Positions 13,563 through 24,532 of a stretch of DNA of 64,000 nt are shown one piece after another. This DNA comes from Cladosporium halotolerans. Taxonomy: Eukaryota. The stretch spans positions 806,001 through 870,000 of the forward strand of contig NW_027191452.1 of NCBI RefSeq assembly GCF_011745625.1, read 5' to 3'. Below the pieces are notes generated by a model. That model saw nothing but the letters and a program-made list of their open reading frames with translations, was not told the origin of the DNA and ran no database searches. Within the stretch, counting starts at the first letter, position 1; every line of letters begins with the position of its first letter. Both the position numbers and the translations under genes were made by a program.

Positions 13563-14309
13563 GGAGGGGTGCGGGTTGGAAAGGGACGAATTGCATGAGC
13601 GACCCGGCGTTGGTTTGTCTTCTTGGGAATTTGCGTTTCTTTTTGGCAGCGAGAAAGTGACGATGGTGGAGAGGAGGGTCGAAAAAATCGACCCACCACG
13701 GGCTGCCGCTTGTCCCGTGTCGACTTCATTTTGATTGTTTTGTGATACCACCACTCCCAGGCTTGGGAAATACCCACTACCAACACCGCAGCAAAGCACA
13801 CGTCTGCCTTGTACATGTTGTACATACCCACCAGCATATTCGCATTCGCATGGCAGAAATTAGCTACAAACATATTATATCTCGCAGAAACCCACATCCC
13901 GATCGATCGTCACAACCCCAAGATCTTCTTTCCGAAAATTGGCCCGTCAGCTTTTTAAACTTCAGAGCGTTCCTGATCAACTCCTCATTATCCCCGCACG
14001 CCCCACAGCCACATTGCAACAGTGGCACTTGCCGGACCGCATCTATGGTATGGCCCGGGTATGACTATGGACTTACCCAATCCGCTGCTGGGCTTATGTC
14101 TGCCAACTCCGACGGTGGGTAGTTGCTAGGCCGAATGCTGATGCGAGAAGCGAGGGCTCTGGGAGCGTGCGAGATGGTCGATCTTGCATTGGCCGAGGTG
14201 TGAACATTGGTTCGTCCTATTTATTGTGCTTGTCTTCTTCCGCACTTCTTTTCGTTTCATCAACGACTTGTCCACGTCTAGGAACCAAATCCCAACCCAT
14301 GCGTTGATC

Positions 14310-16958
14310 ATGAGTCCCAAACAGTTATCGTTGTTTGCGGCTTTGACCGCCGTTGCGTCTGCTTTTCCTCAGGGATCAAACGATTTGCAAGCTTGCGGTG
14401 ACGCTTTCTATCATGTGGAAAAAGTGAGTGCAAACGAACGATCTTCTTGTCCGAGAAACAATCGGGACGCTAACGTTATAACCAGTACACCTGCTACGAC
14501 GGCGACTTCTTGTGCCCGGTCCTCGATGGTGTGCCGACGCTGAGGTGTGGTCCGGATTGCTACCTGCCCTCCATGTACTCCTGTGACGGTAGTGGAAAGC
14601 TCGTTTACCCTCCGAATGGCTCTGGATCTGGATCTGGATCAGGCTCCGGTGCAAACGGATCGACTGCTACGCCGCAGCCGCCGAATCCCTCGAACGGCTC
14701 ATCGTCCAACTCCTCTGCAGGTGACGCATGCTCTGAAGCACCTACTACCCTGCATCTCAGCGATCCTCCTTACGAGAACTACTTCTACTCTGATTGCCAC
14801 GGCGCCAGCCAAGTTGTCGTAACGAGCCCCTTGCCCGACAGCAACCTGTCCATCATCGGCCCGCGACTTCTCGTTGCTTGGCCTGCTGGCAACTCCGGTA
14901 CAGTCGCCTTCTTCGCTCCCCAGAACGGCCAGAATGGAACTTTGGGCATCGAGCTCGTCAACGGAACATCCGACCAACCGCTTTCTGCCGTGTACGATTC
15001 TGCTCCTTCGGACTCTGCCTCGGGCAACCCACAAGTCGGTATTACGGCGCTCTTGAAAGTAAACTCTTCTGCAACCCTCACTGTCCCGATTCTTGGAAGC
15101 ATTCGCACGATCAGAGACTTCACTGAGGGTCCGTCCCTTCTGTACCCGGAAATCCAGAATGCTACAGACCTTCAGCTCGAGGGTGGCGTCGGATCCTACA
15201 GTCGACTCTGGCTGGACAATATCACGACGACGCTCATGTCTTTCACACCACAAGAAGGCGACGGAGAACTGAGCCTCGAGAATGGCCAATTGAAATTCGA
15301 GGCTGGAACATACGAGTTCTCGGCGTCTTTCGATTACCCGCAGCTCACCCAGCTGAGCGCCATGGAGGTTTTGAACGAGGAATCGCAGGGCTTGATCGCG
15401 CAGAACCCAGACCAGACGCAGTCGCTGTCTTTCTTGTCATACTCTCAGAAGCTGCTGGCCGGAGCATGGCGTTTCCTCACGTACTTCGGACGCGATTCGA
15501 TGATCTCGTATCTCCTGCTCGAGCCGGTACTCTCGGAAGGAGAAAGTAGTGCTACAGAGGCTGTCATAAGCGCAGTCTTGGAGCGCATCAACCGCACAGA
15601 TGGCAGCGTTGCCCACGAGGAGACGATCGGTGACTATGCCACATGGCTCAACCTGCAAGAGAACATCACCAGCACGGCGCCCGGCTACCAGTATTTGATG
15701 GTTGATACGGACTTTTTTCTGCCCGTGGTTATGAAGACATATTTCGTCGACAGCGAGATTGGTAGCGGCAGGATGGATGACTTCTTGTCGACCGACGCAA
15801 CCATCGACCCGGACAACGCGGGTCTCACGTACGAAGACCTCGCTCGTATCAGCGCCGAGAAGATCATGAACACGACGTCCGCTTTCGCCCAGCCAGGAGG
15901 TCAAGTTCAGGAGAACCTCATTAGCCTGAAAGAAGGAGAGATTGTTGGTGAATGGCGTGACAGCACTTACGGACTCGGCGGCGGCAGGATACCATATGAC
16001 GTGAACGCCGCGCTCGTCCCCGCCGCTCTGCGCAGCATCGCAGCTCTCTCGGCCGCTGGATTCTTTCCCGAGCATCCCGAATGGAACCAGACTGCTTCCG
16101 AGTACGCGCAGGTGTGGGAAGACTCGACGCTTGCTTTCTTCGAGGTCACAGTGCCTGCAGACGAGGCCCGCAGTCTCGTCGAGAGCTACACTGAGGAGGC
16201 CGGCTTCGGCTTCCCTTCGAACGCGGACAACATCATCTCTGACGTTGTATATCACGGCGTTGCTCTTGAAGGCAACAACGACCAGCCGCTGGTCAAGGTC
16301 ATGAACACGGACGACTGCTTCCGCCACTTCCTGCTCAATACCACGAACCAGACGCAGCTCACTGGCTTCGTCAACCAGACTGCTAACAACATCTTGGCTC
16401 CCTACCCCGTCGGATTGAGCACGCCCGTCGGTGCTATCGTTGCTAACCCGGCGTACGGCGGTGACCCTGTCTACGCTGCGAACTTCTCGAACAATGCCTA
16501 CCACGGAGTAAGCATAATACCCATCAGCACACGCCCCCGAGCCCCTCGCTAACCACTTAACAGACCGTCGTCTGGTCCTGGCAGCTAGCAATGATGGTAA
16601 GACCCCCACCCACCCTCTCTAGCCTCTCTCCCTCGCCCAACCTAACACCTCCCAGGCCGCCGGCCTCGAGCGCCAAATCGGCCGCTGCGCCGACTCCTCC
16701 CCACCCGACTTCTGCGCCGACGACTCCGTCCGCACCAACGCTCTCGCAGCCTACAACCACCTCTGGGACCTGATCGAGGCCAACAGCAACCAGCTGAGCT
16801 CCGAGGTCTGGAGCTGGGTCTACAACGACGGCGAGTTCCAGGTCACGCCGCTGGGCTCCCTGCCGCCGCCTTCGGGCTCGAATCCGACGGAGAGCAATGT
16901 CAGGCAACTGTGGTCGCTGACTTTCTTGGCGGTGAAGAGGAACGAGGGGTTCCAGTAG
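14310..16958 (+). CDS. Secreted CBM52-like domain + six-hairpin glycosidase-like ('glycogen debranching enzyme-like') protein, 4 exons
   Basis: Signal peptide MSPKQLSLFAALTAVASA. Cys-rich CGDAFY..YTCYDGDFLCP..LRCGPDCY.PSMYSC module. Catalytic-type motifs TYFGRDS, HEETIGD, GEWRDS and YHGTVVWSWQ. Introns 14424..14485, 16508..16563 and 16597..16655. Confidence 0.8.
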
Positions 16959-17261
16959 GGATCCTGTGATGTGTTCGACAGGTGTTTCGTAGAAACTTGA
17001 TAGGGAGGGTGAAGGGATCGAGAGTTGATAGTACGAGTTGTCTATGAGTACATGCAAAAGTGCAAAACAAAATGACAAAAACATACAACAGGCGGGATTC
17101 CCAGATGGTCACCCACTCTAGTACTAGTCGCCCGGTTCAGTGCTTATGTATGGCAGAGCGGACGGGATGCCCAGTTTTCACTGACCTGTGGTCGTATGTA
17201 TGAGGATTTTGTTTGTGCTGTCTATGTCCCTTGTTGTTATTGTCATGAACTGGACCGATTT

Positions 17262-17971
17262 CTACACCACCGGATCGGTGAACTTCTGAGCCACAGGCCT
17301 AGTATTGACGAAGCTAGGCCGTTCCTCCAGCCTCTTCCAATATTCTTCGAGGTGTGGGTACTGCTCCCTCCACTTGTGCTGTGGCAAGCGAACGGCCATG
17401 AAGCCTAGCACGCTGACTGCCGCAAGGTCGGCGTACGTGAGACGGTTTTGGACCAGGTAGCCGCTCTTGCTTTGCTCGACCCAAGAAGCGAGGGCGCGGA
17501 GGCCGCCTTCGACTTTACGCATTTGACTGCACATGTGTCAGAAGGGTTTGGGAGATGAACTGTGAGGAGACGAGGTGTATACCGGTCACGCCAAGGCTTG
17601 CTCTGCTTGTCCTCCTCCCGAAGCCCTTCGAAGAACGCCAGCACAAGAGCGTCACAGATGCCATCGGCCACCACTTCGATTTGTTTCGCGAGCAAGCGGT
17701 CATCCGCATCTTTCAGCGAAGGGAGCAAGGACGGCTCGGGAAACTTGGTCTCGAGGTACTCGAGGATGTAGTGAGACTCGTAGATGGCTGGCCTGCCATC
17801 GTTGAAGACGAGGACGGGGAGCTTCTCGAGAGGGTTGTATTGCGGTGTCTCCGTGGTGTGGTCCCATGGGACTTCGGTCTTTAACTCGAAGTCCAGCCCT
17901 TTCTCTTGAAGTGCTATGCGCACCTTACGTGCGTAGGGAGAGGGTGTAGCGGAGATGAGTTGCCAGGCCAT
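17262..17971 (-). CDS. Glutathione S-transferase, 2 exons
   Basis: SPYARKVRI, NPLEKLPVL and YESHYILEYL in the N domain; LTYADLA and RPSF in the C domain. Intron 17582..17527. Confidence 0.9.
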
Positions 17972-18260
17972 GGTTGTACTATAACTTGGGAGGATGGTGT
18001 ACAGAGAGGGTAGATGCGTCCGTGGAAAAGGGCATTGTTACATTTTATACATCTGTCACTTCCCGCAGACAACACGCTTTGAGTTACCAGCCTCAGACAA
18101 GATGCCGGCTGTGATGTCGTTAGCCGTTCACACCAGGCGGAGACGCTGGAGATCTTCCCTTTCCTCCGCAGAAGTTTGGAGGGATCGGTGACGAAACCCC
18201 CACTTCCTGCAGCGGATCGCTAGATTATTCCCAAGCCACCCCGACTGCTCCTTGCCGAAC

Positions 18261-19231
18261 ATGTCCATGGAGGCGTCCTTGTCCTCCAAAGTCCGTGTGG
18301 AAGACCTCAGTGGTGGAGATGATCCAGAAGACATCTTTGCTTCTGCACCTGGCTTTCTCTTCACAGATGACCTGACCAATTCGCATGGAAGTCCAAATTC
18401 AGTCATCAAATACCGCAACGCGCGCTTTGGCGAGATTCAATTGAGGACCGCGGACCCAGATTCAGAGAATGAGCGACAACTGTTCAGTCACTATCTGTGG
18501 AACGCGGGTCTGAAACTTGCGGAGCTGGTCAGCGAGGCACATGAGCAAGAAGACAAGAGATGGAGTCTCGAAGGAGAAAAAGTCCTGGAGTTGGGCGCAG
18601 GTGGGGCAACTCGACAATGATTGTAGAAAAGAGTTGGACTGATAGCGGGCTGTAATAGGTGTTGGTGTTGACGGCATTGTCGCAACACTTGCCGGCGCAG
18701 AGGAGGTTTGTTCAACTCGGTCCTCGTCTCTCGTCTCCAGCTAAGTCCTACTCTCAGGTCGTGATATCGGATTATCCAGCGCAAGTCGTTCTCGACAACA
18801 TTCGTCAGAATGCGACAAAGAACATCCCCGATCACCTGAAGCAAAGATACTCCGTACACGGCCATTCGTGGGGTGTCCTGGACACGCCATTCGCCTTGGA
18901 GAACAAGCATCATTTCACGCGCATATTGGCAGCCGACTGCTACTGGCTTTCAGGGCAACATGAGAACTTAGTTTCTTCAATGCTACATTTCTTGTCCCTC
19001 GAGCCTTCGGCGCGCGTCTTTGTCATCGCTGGTTTCCACACAGGCAGAGCAAGGCTCGCCAATTTCTTCGAGGAAGCCACGACTCAAGGACTTGAAGCAG
19101 ATGAGATCTATGAAGAGGATGATCGAGGAAAGAGGCGGGAGTGGCTTCCAGAAAGAGACGGCGGGCGGGAGAATCACACGGAGCGCAAAAAGTGGTTGGT
19201 GATCTGCAGATTGAAGAGGAAGGGCACATAG
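18261..19231 (+). CDS. Methyltransferase-16 family (Nnt1/Efm7-like) protein N-methyltransferase, 3 exons
   Basis: LFSHYLWNAG, VLELGAG SAM-binding motif, VISDYP, GHSWG, ILAADC and AGFHTGR. Introns 18601..18658 and 18706..18757. Confidence 0.85.
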
Positions 19232-19849
19232 GTGGGCAGGAAACAGCGGGCATTTGCCAGACATGGTACAAAAATAGACTACGCATCCTGCTGATGAAGT
19301 ACAGCTCAGGCTCTGCTCACGAATCTACGACCTCACAACACAGCAGACCATACCTTCGGATCTCGGACAGCATTCCGACACAGTATTGGTCACGGCCCGT
19401 CTGCCTCGAAGCACGAGACAACACCACGCATGAAGTAGCTCAAGCGGATATGTGCAGTCTCAAGCTTGTGTACTCCCTCGTACCTCGGCATCCCGACTCT
19501 CACAACCATATGGTATTGACTGCCTTCATCCGCGTCGCACAAATTGGCAGCCTGCACACCCTGTTCCTCGATCCCCGCAGATGCCCAAATTGTCCTTTGG
19601 GAGCAGTTATAGCAGCAATAGAGGCTGTGCGAGACAGCTGTCGCTTGCTACACTCTCACTTGTGATGCTTTCGTGCTGCCTCCATGAGCTTTCTTTTGCC
19701 CCTGAGCCACACGTACGCGTGTGTTGCTGGCAGAGTGGCTCTCTGCTCGTGTCTGTTCAGAAACCACTCTTTGAAGGTAGCATCTGCTTCTTCGTCATGA
19801 GATTTAGTCCATCCATCCCCAGTCGCTTCAACTTCTGGCAAACCTCAAA

Positions 19850-22800
19850 ATGGCATCAGATTCGGATTGCAATGATATACGCCACACTCGCGAACTTGCA
19901 CAGAAGTTATGGAGCCAATGTAAGATCATGGTGACCCACAACTTGTCCGAACTAAACGAAGAACAGGTCGCGATTCGCAAAGTGCATATAATGCAGTGGC
20001 CGCTGACTTGAGACGGCTGAGGAATCTTCTCGAAGATCTCGAAGACTACATGGACAAATGCCCGGAGCGGGACTTCATCGATGACGCCTTCTGCGATCGA
20101 GTAGCTAAATGCAAGGCTATCCTCGGGGGTCTGGACGTGAGTTTGCAAATGCTTCGCTGCTCGCCTCAGAAGCCGCAGCAGCCAAAAGCAATTGCAGCGG
20201 CTAAAGCTTCTATCCAACTTGCAACGGATGGTCTTCTCGTAATTTTTCATCATAAATCTCAGGCCGCCAAGCGTAGGCCTGGCTCTGAAGTACACGAACT
20301 ATTCGCGGTAGTCGGATTGCCCAGGACCAAGATGTCAGAGACCACACCGATCGCTTGGTGCACACCATTCGCTTCGCCAGATCCACTTTCATTTGATGCT
20401 TCCTTAGCTTCTACGATGTTGACGGGGCCAGGATCTCAGCTTGACTTGGCTTTCCTCCAGCAGTCATCTACAGTTTCGAACGAGTCGACGTCGACAGAAA
20501 CGCGCAACATGTCCGGCAAACCAGACGAGCCATCTCGAGGATCTTTGGAGACGCAACCAGGCACCGGTTTACATGGGTCTTCTGCTAAAGCTGACAGTGT
20601 TAAGTCATCACAATCATCAACACCATCTTTGGGCCGTAATACACAGCGACTCTTACAACGGTCGCAAGATAGCCCTCAAACCACGATATACGAACCCTAT
20701 CGCCCATGGTATTCGCCTCTGGCGCCATCCGAAATTCCCACCCAATCTCCAGTCAGAGTAGACAGCTGTGCTGCACTATCTGACATGAGAGACTTATGCA
20801 ACGGTACACTTTCCAGAGACGTACTGTCAGCACACAAACAAGGCTATATCCAAGAAGTCCCCGAAATCTTGGTCACTGATTGCTCTGAAGACTCGAATGA
20901 GTACACCAAGGTCGCAGCGCTTGGCGGAGTGAAGGTAGCTAGAGAGATGCCGCCAACGCCTGCGCGCACGCCAACACTACCACCCAATGCGAAGGCTATT
21001 CAGCGGAACAACAAGCCTCTGGCTTCACCGCTGCGAAGCGCATACAGAATTACCAAACTGTCAACACCGAGTCGGCAGGGTTCCGGGGATTCACAAGATG
21101 TATGCCGATCTCCATCAGACCTGGTCACGAAAGCCATGCCCAGCACCGACGCTGCTGTTGGCATCCGTGAAGCAACCACCACTAGCATCGAAAGCGCATT
21201 CATCGCCATGAACGCAGAAGCTGTTCCTACGACTCGCAAACTTCGCCACCGATCAAGCGCTGGGGTTCTTACAATCTCCAGGGAGAAAAGTTCTTCGCCA
21301 ATGAGCGTAGCAGCCATCAGCTGGTACACTGTCAGGGGCAAATCATCACCCGACTTACTGTGCTCAGTAAGCAACTTTCTCGGGCCTAAAGCAACGCACT
21401 CCGGCACGCGACAACGACAATTAACTATCCCCTTATCTCGTAGTCGGTCGCTCTATGCTCCTGAAATCGCACCAACCGAGGCGAACGCTGCATCCTCTCC
21501 CATGCCTGCGCCGATGCGCCGATCAACTTTCAATGAATCGCGAGACAGCAACAACAATGGCGAGGGCTCCAGCAGAGCTAGCAGTATACCCGATGGAATC
21601 AAAGAAAATCTGGAGGCTTCGCGGATTGAAAAAATATGCATCAACTGGAACAGCCGGCAATGGACCAAAGCCGAATCCTATCTGACTTACCATCTCACGC
21701 TTGTCGAGGACTCGAAGTCTGACGAGGCTTCAAGGCGAGTACGCCACCTTCTGGGAGTTTGTGCGAGCTACAGAGGGCAGTGGCAGCGAGCTTTGAGATG
21801 GTTCATCTCCGTTATCAGAACGCCGGTAGAGGACGCTGCAAATCTAGACGTCGGCGACCGCGCTGCGTTCTACTGGCTGGGAGATACTTACGCCATGATG
21901 AATCGGAAAGAAGAGGCGATGCTGGCATACTGTCTCGCGGGAACCTGTGAGGAGCTAGCCTCGGCGCTGAAGTCGCGTTCTTCGCATAGATGCTTGTCGA
22001 TCGACCAAGAGACCATGCGCAATACCGTGACAAAGGCCAGCTTCAAGGCACTGTGGGCGAGCGACTCTTTCCGCAAAGGCAAAGCGGCCGTTGGCACAAT
22101 CCTGTACCCCTCCGTTGTATCGCAAGCCGCGTCGCAAGCCTGCCTTCAGCGCTGTAGCTCAGATCCAGGGGAATGCCTTCTTCGGGGTAGGCATGAGAAT
22201 TTCCGGTCACGAGACTCTCAGGCTCGCGGCATCCTTCTCAAAGCGGTGCACTTCCAAGCAGGTCAACCTTGGCCAATGGTCTGCGACGCAACTTTCGCCA
22301 TAGACGCCGTTGCCCGAGGCCGCTTGGTCGCAACCAAGTTCGACGCTCTCGAAGCAGCACGGTCGAATTCCGAGCCATTCCCTCTGCGAAGGAGCTTCGC
22401 CACCGATCGCCTGAACAGCTTCGTCTGCGAGGATATCCAGCTAGTGATCATCACTATCCGCACCTGCCTCAAGACTCTCGCCATGGAGTGGAGCGAGACG
22501 AGCAGACGAGGAAAAATCCTGTTCCTGGCACGGTACGACGCGGTGCAAGAGAAGATAGCGTCCACCGTCTACTTCTGCTTGGAGATCGCCAAGACCCCTC
22601 TCCGACCAGGCTACGGCATCGCGTACTGCGCCGGAAGCCTCTGCAGCGCACGAGCGCTCGAACCGCCCTCCACGCATGCAGCGACCGAAAAGCAGCTCAA
22701 GACTCTCCTCCGCGAGACTCTCAAGTCCGTCAACGCACAGCTCCAGTCAGGCGCTTCGGCTTCAGACATACCTATCCCTCCTCGAACTCCCTCTCAGCCG

Positions 22801-23181
22801 CGCAAAGACTCCTCTTCGCCAGCACCCACCGCCCCTCCCTCGCCAGAAACTACACCAACCCCATCATCCCTACCAACCTCTCCGCGCCACAGCACCGCCG
22901 CCGCCGCCGCCGCCGCCCCAGCGCCATCAAACCTCCCCGCGCGCGCCCCATCTTCCCTCCCACCTTCCATTCCTCCACCACCGCCTTCTACACCTCCACC
23001 TGCCGTCCCCCTTCCATCCCCCTCGATGACAACACTGCCAATCCGCACCCGCGCCCGCGCCTCCCTCCGCGCCGCCTGCAACCACCACAAGAACCCGCTC
23101 GGGGCGCTGAAGCGGCGGCGGAGGCGGGATTCTAGCGGGCAGCAGAGGGCATTTCCGCTGGATTTAGAGATGGGTCGATAA
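19850..23181 (+). CDS. Large protein with a HeLo/SesA-like helical N-terminus, disordered linker, TPR-like block and Pro-rich tail
   Basis: Exon 19850..19919 spliced over 19920..19966 (GTAAGA...CTAAA...CAG) gives MASDSDCNDIRHTRELAQKLWSQCRDSQSAYNAVAADLRRLRNLLEDLEDY, in frame with the 1061-aa ORF. TPR-like HLLGVCASYRGQWQRALRWF and FYWLGDTYAMMNRKEEAMLAY. Confidence 0.7.
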
Positions 23182-23369
23182 TTGGTTGGTTGATTGGTTG
23201 ATTGATTGATTGATTGGTCGGCCGCTCAACGGATCGCGAGAGAGCTTCGGCATGGGATACGTTCTTCTGCTTATGACTCCGACTGTCGAACTTCTATTCT
23301 CCTTATTAATTATAAGAGGGCGAGCGCAGCGGGCTGTGCTCAACCGACCGACCAACCGACCGACCGACC
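23182..23369. repeat. Tetranucleotide microsatellites (TTGR)n and (CCRA)n
   Basis: ttggttggttgattggttgattgattgattgattgg at ~23182-23217 and caaccgaccgaccaaccgaccgaccgacc at 23341-23369. Confidence 0.8.
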
Positions 23370-24532
23370 GGTCGAACGGGTCTGTTCCAGTTCGACCGAT
23401 ACCTACTGTAGGCTTCCATTTGCTTGATGCGCGATGAGGTCCGCTTTACGAACATATAGGTTTGAGTGCTTGCTGTATGAAATCAGATCCCGTGTCACAA
23501 CCGAAGACAATCACACTGAAGCAAACCCAGGGGAGGGGAAGAGAAGACGGCGATTGAAGTTCCAAAAATGTTCGCGACGGAAGAAGCACCGCAAGGGCCG
23601 CCTACTCCCACGCTTTGACTGTGAATTTTTTTCACCCATCAGCTATGGTATGGTATGGTAGTAGTAGTAAGATTAACAACGGCCAAGAACGAGCGCGTAT
23701 TCACAGACACCGAGTCCCAGAGAAAAGAGAAACCTTTCCTTATCCGAGCCCGGATGTGTGTGATTAAACAGAAGTAGTAAACAAAAAAGGATAGTAAGCC
23801 AAGCCCGCGAGAAAAAACGAAGAAACTCCCCAACCCAATCAAAAAGGAAAGCTGAATAATCTGATTACTCCAATACTGTGGTGGTTGTGAGCAGCGCTTG
23901 AGAAAGAGACTGCTGGACTCTTTTTTGGTAGTGGTGAATAGAAAGGAAAAGGACGCTTGCTAAGTACGAGGAAAGAGGTGTGCGGTCGCACGGGTAGATG
24001 CCTCCAGGCAATTGGATCACCAGCAGCAGAGAGCGCGGCGGATGCGGCGGCGTTTGCTTTGGCGCGGTGTGCGATCTAGCGGTGCTAGGTCGAGGTTCGA
24101 GTCTGAGACCGTGCGTGCATCAACGTCCAAGTAGGGCTTGCAGGTGATGATTGCACCGCTGATTTCGGGCACTTTACTCAATGGCAGGGACTTGACTTCG
24201 AGCCCACGGTGGCATGCGAAGGCATTGTCGGCGCTGAATGACCGGTCGTGCCATCTAGTGAGTGCTACGAAGTAGTCTCTGCGTTCAGGCTGTCGCCCTA
24301 GTACCTTGTAGAGGTGGCGAACCAAATCCATAACGACGGCATCCTGCTGCGCATGGACGCAAAGCTTTGCAACGGCATCTAACCCGTCGAAAACCAACTG
24401 CAGACAGCGCATGCGTTCCGGATGCTGCCAGAAGACCTTCGAGCGGGTGTTGAATTCAATGAACTCGGGGGTCGGGGATTCGGCCTTCCGCCAGATGGAT
24501 CCAGTTCTTTCAGCGGCCGTCGATGAATCCCA

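Noticed and set aside
24062..24114. tRNA-like signals (7-bp closing stem gcgcggt/accgtgc, GGTTCGAGTC B-box-like motif)
   Set aside because: Only ~53 nt, and no cloverleaf with D and anticodon arms can be built.
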